DNA from: Nitrosopumilaceae archaeon
GTDB taxonomy: Archaea; Thermoproteota; Nitrososphaeria; Nitrososphaerales; Nitrosopumilaceae
Direction of reading: 5' to 3'
Length of the DNA: 57,079 nucleotides
Assembly: GCA_021296175.1 (NCBI GenBank)
Contig: JAGWAX010000001.1
Span: 1 to 57,079 of the forward strand
A program made the position numbers and the translations under genes. Position 1 is the stretch's first letter; each line of letters begins with the position of its first letter. Under the pieces are notes generated by a model that saw nothing but the letters and a program-made list of their open reading frames with translations, made no database searches and had not been told where the DNA came from. Below are positions 50,196-57,079 of this stretch, one piece after another.

Positions 50196-50453
50196 CTACT
50201 TTGACGTAGACCTGGACTTGGTTCCTCTGCCGCCACTCATGCTGCCCTTGTACTTTGGCCTGCTCTTTGGATCTGGGACATCTTTGAGCTTTCTGGAGCC
50301 GGTTCCCCTGCCGGACGTGATCGTTCTCTCGCCGGCTGAGCTCTTGCGCGCCTCTTGGATCTTCTTAAACTCTTCGCCCGTCCACTTTTGGGGGTTGTTA
50401 TCGACCTCTATGGTGCCCGTACCCCTTCCGGTTCGGATTCTGATCTTGACCAT
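50196..50453 (-). CDS. Small basic (K/R/G-rich) hypothetical protein
   Basis: 85-aa ORF with internal 'GRGT' repeats; AT-rich upstream element. Confidence 0.7.
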   Translation of the reverse strand: MVKIRIRTGRGTGTIEVDNNPQKWTGEEFKKIQEARKSSAGERTITSGRGTGSRKLKDVPDPKSRPKYKGSMSGGRGTKSRSTSK

Positions 50454-50558
50454 GTCACGGGATGAATTAACTTGTATTTATCCTGTTCCATGATCATATG
50501 ATCTGCGTGCTTGCGGGCCCGCGCCTGCTTGATATATGCGCGACCGCACCACCGGTGC

Positions 50559-51482
50559 ATGAGGGGCATTCTGTACGCGGTGATCCCCGCAGTCGTGCTG
50601 GGACTGGTGGTGGCAAATGCCTTTTACGGGCACGTGCTGTTCGGGTATGCGTACGACCGCGCGATAAACAAGTATTCGGTGTACGTGCACCTGCAGCCAG
50701 GGTGGGAGAGCCATCCGGGCAACATACTGTTTGATGTCACAAACGTATGGTCCGGCCCCACGGCCGCCGCTGCGGGCAGTGGCAAGTCCGATGCAGTAGC
50801 CCACATGCCTGGCTCCGTGGATCCTGACGACATCTCGTCGCTGACCTCGTACAACCGCAACCAGCTCCAGTACCAAAAGTCCAAGCCGTACGTGGAGCTC
50901 CGGCACGAGTTCAGCGGCTGCGAGACCCAGTGGCGCCCAATCCCGTACAGGTATGTCGCAGATGCGCTGCGCAGCTGGTCGGAGGTTGCAAGCGGCGTGC
51001 AGACCGAGGGCTCGGGCGGGAAAGAGGCCGGGCACGTGGAGCCCGCGTTTGCCGAGGCCGGCGCGGGCGATCCGTACGTGATGATATTTCCAAACGCGCC
51101 AAACGCGGCGTACGGCCCAGACGTACAGTCCGAGCTGGTGCAGGACGGGTACGCGCAGCTCATACCGGTCTGCGTGGCGTCCGGGGTGGCGGCGGCGGGG
51201 CAGTCCACATACGACTATGCCATAATGGTAAACGATCCGGACATCGGATTTGACGCGTACTTTGTCAGGTCTGCCGAGGACGCGGCCGCCCACGTCTCAT
51301 CGGGCAGCAGCGGGATCCCGGCGTTTTACGAGCACCCCGGCTGCCACGTCACAAACCACAACAGCTTTGCCGGGACCTGCCACGGGGTGGAGCGCGGCTC
51401 TGGACTGCTGATAGTCGTGCCAGACATGCTTGATCTGTCGCTTACAAAGGTGCGCGTCGGACTGCATGAGCGCCCGGAGTAG
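50559..51482 (+). CDS. Hypothetical exported protein
   Basis: N-terminal hydrophobic helix, long ORF. Confidence 0.8.
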   Translation: MRGILYAVIPAVVLGLVVANAFYGHVLFGYAYDRAINKYSVYVHLQPGWESHPGNILFDVTNVWSGPTAAAAGSGKSDAVAHMPGSVDPDDISSLTSYNRNQLQYQKSKPYVELRHEFSGCETQWRPIPYRYVADALRSWSEVASGVQTEGSGGKEAGHVEPAFAEAGAGDPYVMIFPNAPNAAYGPDVQSELVQDGYAQLIPVCVASGVAAAGQSTYDYAIMVNDPDIGFDAYFVRSAEDAAAHVSSGSSGIPAFYEHPGCHVTNHNSFAGTCHGVERGSGLLIVVPDMLDLSLTKVRVGLHERPE

Positions 51483-51539
51483 CCGCGCGCCGGCTTCCCC
51501 TCCGCGTCGCGACGCGCCGCCCTCCGCGCCCCGCCGTCC

Positions 51540-52580
51540 TTAGTTGGTCATCCAGCCGCGCCGCTTGAAATATGCAATCATAAGTATGGCTGGTATGATC
51601 GATGCCAGCACCAGTATTACAAACGGCGTGAACGCGCCCAGCGCGGAGTCCGCCTCGGACGCGCCCGCAATGCCGCCCGGGAGGCTCACGTTCATTCCAT
51701 AGAACGTGCCTATCACGGTGGCCGGTATGGCGAGTGTGAATATTATGGTGAGCATACTCAGCACCTTGTTTGTCTTTTCGGTGCTCAGCACGTAGTTGGT
51801 GTCCTTGTAGATCTCCATGGTCTCCCTTGACTCTTCCAGGGTCTCTATCACCTTGTCTATGTGGTCGATTATGTCGTCGTACAGCAGCATTGTGTCATCG
51901 TCCTTTACGTCTGAGAATTTTTGCACGTTCTTTGCTATCTCCTGGACGAACCTTTTGAGCGGGTTTGCAATCCTTCTCTGCCTGTTGATCTCCCTCCTGA
52001 GCATGGCAATGTTCCTTGCGGCCGACATGCTCTCATCAAACACCCTGTCCTCGAGATCGTCGAGGTTGGCGATTATCTTTCTTGACGTGTGCATCAGGTC
52101 GTCTACCAGCTCGTCGATTATCGTGTGCAGCAGCATACTGGTAGGGCCACTGAGCGGGTCGCCCCCCTTGTACGCGTCAAGCCCCTTCTCCTTTGCGGTC
52201 CTGACCAGGTCCGTCAGCGGCTTTAGGTCTCCCTGGTGGACCGTAATCAGAAAGTCCTTGCCGACGAACATCGAGAGCTGGCTGTTCCTGAGGATGCCGC
52301 CCTTCTGGGCCAGCGGTGGAAAGTGCAGTATGACAAAAAAGTGGTTCTCGTAGCTGTCAAGTTTCGGAAGCTCAAACTTTGTGAGGCAGTCCTCCACGTT
52401 GAGCTCGTTGAGGCCGTACTCCTTTACGATCTTCTCCAGACATCTCCTGTCGGGGTTCTCGAGATCTGTCCATGTTAACTTCTTGCCCTCGATCTTCTGG
52501 GTCCTCTGGGGGTTCTCCGTGCCGCCGTCCTCTGCCTTGGCCCCGCCCCTGAGCCTCTTGGTAATGAACTCTCTCTTCAA
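51540..52580 (-). CDS. corA: CorA family Mg2+/Co2+ transporter
   Basis: YGMN signature between the two C-terminal TM helices. Confidence 0.94.
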   Translation of the reverse strand: MKREFITKRLRGGAKAEDGGTENPQRTQKIEGKKLTWTDLENPDRRCLEKIVKEYGLNELNVEDCLTKFELPKLDSYENHFFVILHFPPLAQKGGILRNSQLSMFVGKDFLITVHQGDLKPLTDLVRTAKEKGLDAYKGGDPLSGPTSMLLHTIIDELVDDLMHTSRKIIANLDDLEDRVFDESMSAARNIAMLRREINRQRRIANPLKRFVQEIAKNVQKFSDVKDDDTMLLYDDIIDHIDKVIETLEESRETMEIYKDTNYVLSTEKTNKVLSMLTIIFTLAIPATVIGTFYGMNVSLPGGIAGASEADSALGAFTPFVILVLASIIPAILMIAYFKRRGWMTN

Positions 52581-52853
52581 ATCGTAGGGTAGGTTTTTGG
52601 TTCAAATTTAAAGCGATCGACTTTGTCGGCGCCTTCTGACTTTTCTCCGTCAGTCTGGAACGCGCCCCGCCGGCATGGGCCCTCCCAAAAACGGCGCCCC
52701 GCCAGTTGGAATCCCCGAGGGATCGTCTCCCCCCCACCACCACGGCTGGTTCGGAAAGTGCTTTCCTACGTGGTATTTGGGGCCGGGGAGATTCACGGGT
52801 TCGTATGCGGGCGCACGGGAACCCGGTTGGTACGACTGGACGGCGCTGGCGCG

Positions 52854-52886
<33 letters not shown>

Positions 52887-53308
52887 ACATAGGCTTCTTT
52901 TGCTGCACTATGCCTGCATGGCGCGGTACGGCCTGATAATTCGCCGCCTATTTGAACGGCAACAGGTAGTTCATCCCGTACCATGTTATGGCAAGCGCGA
53001 TTCCCATCCCGAGCCACCAATAGCGCATAGCCTGCGTTTCAACTGCTTGATAATAAATCTACAGCCGGTGCCGCGGTTCTTTATGCTGGGGGATACGGCC
53101 GATTACGCCGCGTTGTGATGCTGGACGGCATTAATTATCATAATGATGACAACAACAATAACGATTGCAACAACGCTCCTCCCCCCCCGATGCGGTGGTG
53201 GCATATGCTAGCGCACTATCCCCACGCCCGCCGCCCACGGGTCGGGACGCAGTGGCATTCGTGGGTGGCTGCATTCTCAAATGTGCATTCGAACGTTTTC
53301 CCATGCTT

Positions 53309-53461
53309 AGCGTGTTGCATAATTCGTCGACCTCCCGGACAAAATGGAATTGTCAGATAGCCGGCAAGCCCCGTGGTTGCGCACTGCAGTCGAGCGGCCT
53401 GCGGCATGTCGCAGAGCCGTACCCTCCGAGCGGAGCGGATTGTGGAACTATGCAGCACGCT
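53309..53461 (+). mobile_element. MITE-like element, copy 1 (153 bp)
   Basis: Terminal inverted repeats AGCGTGTTGCATAATTC / GAACTATGCAGCACGCT (15/17 match); homologous to 53996-54168 in inverted orientation. Confidence 0.8.
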
Positions 53462-53505
53462 GGCCAAAGATAAACCCATAAATTCTCTAGTGCCGTACAC
53501 TCTTT

Positions 53506-53904
53506 GTGATTAGTTCGCGCAATGTAACGTTTATCGTCATAGGCGTAGTGGCGGCATTCATCACGCTTAATGTCGTGTCTTCAAGCCCTGAACCAGTACA
53601 TACGCCGTCAGCAACCATATCCATAGCGGAGGGATCGTTTCTGCAAGGATGCGAGGCCGAGGGTATTTGCTACATACCGCACGACCTCACAGTGCGAAAA
53701 GGCGCCACCATAACATGGAGCAACGACGACACGGAGTTACACACAGTAACGAGCGGCGCCTCCAGCGAGACTGCGGCAGCCGAGTTCGATTCCGGGATTA
53801 TAGAGGTCGGGGGATCGTTTGGGCACACATTTGAGAGCGCGGGCACCTACGAGTACCACTGCTCCATACATCCGTGGGCAAAGGCCGTCGTAGTAGTCAG
53901 ATGA
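53506..53904 (+). CDS. Membrane-anchored cupredoxin (plastocyanin/azurin-like)
   Basis: N-terminal TM, W.N.D...HTVTSG, FDSG, YHCSIHPW. Confidence 0.92.
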   Translation: MISSRNVTFIVIGVVAAFITLNVVSSSPEPVHTPSATISIAEGSFLQGCEAEGICYIPHDLTVRKGATITWSNDDTELHTVTSGASSETAAAEFDSGIIEVGGSFGHTFESAGTYEYHCSIHPWAKAVVVVR

Positions 53905-53995
53905 GCCGGCGCGCGCATCACCAGGCGTGCCCGTCCAACCCACGTGTCTGTTTTGGGGGATAAGCCGTGAGTGCCCAAATTGTGCGCGATGGTGT

Positions 53996-54168
53996 AACGT
54001 ATTGCATAATTCCACAATACGCCCTGCTCGAAGGGTGCTGCTCTGCGACATGGCAGCACAGGCCCGTCCAAAATGGCGGACAACATCTCACAGTGCGCAG
54101 CCACAGGAACCTGTCGGCCACCCGACAATTCCATCTGTCCGGAAGGTCGACGAATTGTGCAATATGCT
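53996..54168 (-). mobile_element. MITE-like element, copy 2 (173 bp, inverted relative to copy 1)
   Basis: TIRs AACGTATTGCATAATTC / GAATTGTGCAATATGCT; reverse complement aligns to copy 1. Confidence 0.8.
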
Positions 54169-54427
54169 ATTCTTGACCGCACGATGCTGGCACGATATGC
54201 TGGACGCAGCCTGATCCCTGCGTGCCTGCACAGTAACCGCTAACCCTCCTTTTGCCCCCTTGTCGGATATCCGGGCGTGCGGGCCGTCGGATCGGCCATG
54301 CGCTTCCGTGTCCAGCCGTCACAGGGTGGTGTCATGGGGGGGGGTGAGAGTGGATGGGAAGTGGCCGAATGGCCATCCACATGTCATCTCAAGGGTTAAT
54401 TGGGGGCCCTGAAAGTGCCAACCACGT

Positions 54428-54500
54428 GGCCTTTGTAGTACAGTGGTTAGTATAGAGGATTGTGGATCCTCGGACAGGGGTTCGATTCCCCTCAAAGGCC
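54428..54500 (+). tRNA. tRNA-His(GTG) with genomic G at -1
   Basis: G-GCCTTTG/CAAAGGC-C acceptor, GAGGA-TTGTGGA-TCCTC anticodon arm, AGGGG-TTCGATT-CCCCT T arm. Confidence 0.96.
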
Positions 54501-54652
54501 TCTCTATCGCCGCATGCAGCTCTTCTGCACGGACTTGCTACTGTTTGTGAAATCTAAAGGTGTGTGTGTGGGGGGGGGAGGGGAGGGGAGGGGAGACGCC
54601 GTGCATGACTCCAAGGGACGAGCGCATACGCTGCAACACCGCGGAGCATGGA

Positions 54653-55039
54653 CTAGAATATGCCAAACTTGCTTGACTCCATCTCCTCTTTTATGGCGAG
54701 CTTGAATCTGGGCGCGTCGCCATCGCTGTATGCCGCCACGTTTCTCTCAAGCCACGTGAGGAATTTCTTGTCCTGCCCCTTGCCCCTGAGGCCGTCAAAG
54801 TCGGCGGAACCCATAACCTCGCGGAGTTTCTGTATGAGGGATCTGTTGACGCTCAGCACGAAAAAGTGCCACCCGAACGCAAACTCCGAGTCGGTCATGG
54901 CAAACTCGTTCTCTGTGTGCGTCATCTGCTCGAGCATGGTCATCTGCCTGGCCAGGGCCTTGCTGGCACTGTCGTAGTCGACTGCAGAGACGTTGATGTT
55001 GAGCCTTCCGTCCCCGAAGTCTCCACCGCCCGCTGCCAT
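54653..55039 (-). CDS. Hypothetical protein
   Basis: 128-aa ORF with typical codon bias, co-oriented with neighbours. Confidence 0.8.
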   Translation of the reverse strand: MAAGGGDFGDGRLNINVSAVDYDSASKALARQMTMLEQMTHTENEFAMTDSEFAFGWHFFVLSVNRSLIQKLREVMGSADFDGLRGKGQDKKFLTWLERNVAAYSDGDAPRFKLAIKEEMESSKFGIF

Positions 55040-55081
55040 ACGTGTGGTACGCCCGCCGCCGATAAAAATATTGCACCGTCC

Positions 55082-55909
55082 CTAGGAATTTTTTTGCTGA
55101 TCTCTCCTCAGCATGTGGTCAAAGTCGATGTCAAAGTTCATCTTCATCAGCTTTACGTACGTGGATATGGGCTCCGGTATCTCCTCGCCGCACGCTATGC
55201 CCAGCCGCCACGCGTTTGTCCATATGGTCAGGGTCTGTATGATGGTCAGAAACCTGTCGTTTGCGGTGCCGGGTGGCCCCAGCGCCTTTGTGTACCGCTC
55301 CGCATGCTCCCACGCTGTGACAAAGTCCACGCAGTCCCTCTTGAATACGGCCTTTAGTTGCTCGCCCACGTCCCTTGCGGGCCGGAGGGGGGTCTTGCAC
55401 ATGACGTACGGAAAGTCCACGGCGTCCGGCAGGCACCCGGGCAGAGGGCCCCATACCGTGAGTATTCGTGTACCGTCGCCAAGCGAGCCAAACCTCTCTG
55501 TCATCGCGTCGATGAGATCCGAGTCGTTTGCAAACCAGAACAGTATCACAGTCGCGTCCGACATGTCCGCGTCGCGTATGTCGGCGCACTCGAGCCGGTA
55601 TCTGCCGCGCAGGCCTGCACCCTGCGCGGCCTCCTCCTCCTCCTCCTGCACCATTCCCTCAAGCAGGGCGCGCGCGTCGCGCAGCTTTGACGCGTCAGAG
55701 TCTACGCCCACCGCGCGCCTGGCGCCAAACTCTGTGAGCGCGATTCTGATGCCCTCTGCGGATCTGCCGCATCCGAGGTGGTACACCGTGTCGCCGGCGC
55801 CGAGCCCTGCCAGCCTGAACATCTCCCTGAGTGATCGCTGGCTCAGCTCGGCGTCCGCGCCGCTCAGCATGCCGGCCGGAAGCGTCTCTAGGTATTCTTC
55901 TATCTTCAA
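55082..55909 (-). CDS. SAM-dependent methyltransferase-like protein
   Basis: 'VYHLGCG' motif I variant, 'AVGVD', 'ADIRDAD.SDATVI'. Confidence 0.82.
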   Translation of the reverse strand: MKIEEYLETLPAGMLSGADAELSQRSLREMFRLAGLGAGDTVYHLGCGRSAEGIRIALTEFGARRAVGVDSDASKLRDARALLEGMVQEEEEEAAQGAGLRGRYRLECADIRDADMSDATVILFWFANDSDLIDAMTERFGSLGDGTRILTVWGPLPGCLPDAVDFPYVMCKTPLRPARDVGEQLKAVFKRDCVDFVTAWEHAERYTKALGPPGTANDRFLTIIQTLTIWTNAWRLGIACGEEIPEPISTYVKLMKMNFDIDFDHMLRRDQQKNS

Positions 55910-56023
55910 CTGTCAAGTCACCACCGCTGCCGCCCGTCTTTTTTTTCTTTGTGCGGGCCTGCCGGCACGCGCGCCAGCAGCCATTGGCGCGCCGCGGCGC
56001 GCCGTCCCCGCCTGCCGCAGGTC

Positions 56024-56293
56024 TTACTCCCTTATGCTCTCCAGCTTTGATACTGCCTGCCAGAGCTGCGTCCTTACGTACGAGGGCATGTTGGGATCCT
56101 GCGTGACGTCATCAAGCATGCTGATTGCGTTTGCCGCCCTGACTGACAGCGAATATTCTGTGCCGTTGAGCTCGGTTATCAGTTCCATGATGGATTTCTT
56201 GATGGTTTTGGGGGTGGTGCTGCTCTCCGCTATCTGCGTGAGCGTCTCTAGGGAGTCCTTCATGGCCTCCCGATTCTGTGCATCGTCTGCCAT
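56024..56293 (-). CDS. UPF0147 family protein
   Basis: 'VRAANAISMLDD..QDPNMP...RT..W..VS.LE'. Confidence 0.9.
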   Translation of the reverse strand: MADDAQNREAMKDSLETLTQIAESSTTPKTIKKSIMELITELNGTEYSLSVRAANAISMLDDVTQDPNMPSYVRTQLWQAVSKLESIRE

Positions 56294-56353
56294 GTATGAC
56301 TCATCTTTTTAGGGAGTAATATAGTTAAAGACGCCCGGGCCTTCTTGGCGCCG

Positions 56354-56695
56354 TCACACCTCTACGAAGAGGCTGCCTGACTCTGCCGTCACTTTATACG
56401 AGCCCAAATCCCGTATGGGCGCCGGAAACTTTGCAAGCTTGCCGGTGGCGCAGTCAAACTCGGCCTTGTGCCATCCGCATACTATGGTGCCGCACGTGCC
56501 GCCGCCCTCGCCCTTCCCTTCTTCCTGCCTCAGCGTGCCCTCCGAGAGGGACGCCCCGGAGTGTGTGCACGTGTCGTCAGTCGCGTAATAGTTGCCGTTT
56601 ATGTTGGCCACCAGTATGTCAAGCCCGTTGACGGTGGCCTTTAGCATGCCGCCGGATGCGATGTCCGACTCGCCGCATACGAGGTGCTTTCCCAT
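56354..56695 (-). CDS. Rieske-type [2Fe-2S] ferredoxin
   Basis: CTH...SL and CGWH ligand motifs; start set at MGKHLV. Confidence 0.9.
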   Translation of the reverse strand: MGKHLVCGESDIASGGMLKATVNGLDILVANINGNYYATDDTCTHSGASLSEGTLRQEEGKGEGGGTCGTIVCGWHKAEFDCATGKLAKFPAPIRDLGSYKVTAESGSLFVEV

Positions 56696-56741
56696 GGATT
56701 TTGTTTTTAACTCTGGCGTCTTAAGTCTTGCCACGGGGCGC

Positions 56742-57079
56742 ATGGTGGTGAAGGTTCGCAGGGTTCGTGAAGGGGATCGCGGGTTTGTCTTGGGGTACTG
56801 CCAGGATACGTTTGGCTGGGGCGACTACATAGACGACGTCTGGGACGACTGGCAGTCTGACGGGGGGTTTCTGGCGTGCGAGGACTGTACGCCTGCACAC
56901 TCTTCGCCGCCGGGCCCCATCGGCGTCTGCCACGTATACATGTCGCCCGGACAGGCCTGGATAGAGGGAATACGGGTCCATCCGCAGTACCGCCGCCGAG
57001 GTATCGCCACGCGCCTTGTAAGGGAGGCCGAGCAGATGGCGCTTCGGCGGCTGCGGCCGCAACCTGCACGGCAGCGGCC
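56742..57079 (+). CDS. GNAT family acetyltransferase (partial, runs off the window)
   Basis: Hand translation MVVKVRRVREGDR...TFGWGDYI...WIEGIRVHPQYRRRGIATRL. Confidence 0.87.
   Translation, partial: MVVKVRRVREGDRGFVLGYCQDTFGWGDYIDDVWDDWQSDGGFLACEDCTPAHSSPPGPIGVCHVYMSPGQAWIEGIRVHPQYRRRGIATRLVREAEQMALRRLRPQPARQR

Overview
High-GC archaeal chromosome segment from an ammonia-oxidising Nitrososphaerota (Thaumarchaeota, Nitrosopumilaceae-like). A host-associated (e.g. sponge symbiont) lineage is inferred from the high GC, TPR/VWA accessory genes and repeat expansion. Core content: acetyl/propionyl-CoA carboxylase operon of the 3HP/4HB carbon fixation cycle, an 11-subunit complex I operon (nuoABCDHIJKMLN, no nuoEFG), ferredoxin-NADP reductase, RFC large subunit (frameshifted or split), a polyprenyl synthase, PepA, ABCE1, a Trm5-like methylase, a transketolase-Rpe/transketolase/transaldolase operon, CorA and six tRNAs. 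One tRNA, tRNA-Glu(TTC), is hidden by a 15-nt BHB intron in its T-loop. An accessory stretch (~27.6-36.2 kb) carries helical/TPR/VWA proteins, a CADD-like diiron protein and a decayed transposase. The most unusual structure is a cupredoxin gene lacking the axial Met, bracketed by two oppositely oriented copies of a ~150-170 bp MITE-like element with terminal inverted repeats. Also notable are a HemA paralog with a remodelled active site, a degenerate LarA-like protein and pervasive trinucleotide/low-complexity insertions in core enzymes. No CRISPR array, rRNA or intact transposase/integrase was seen.
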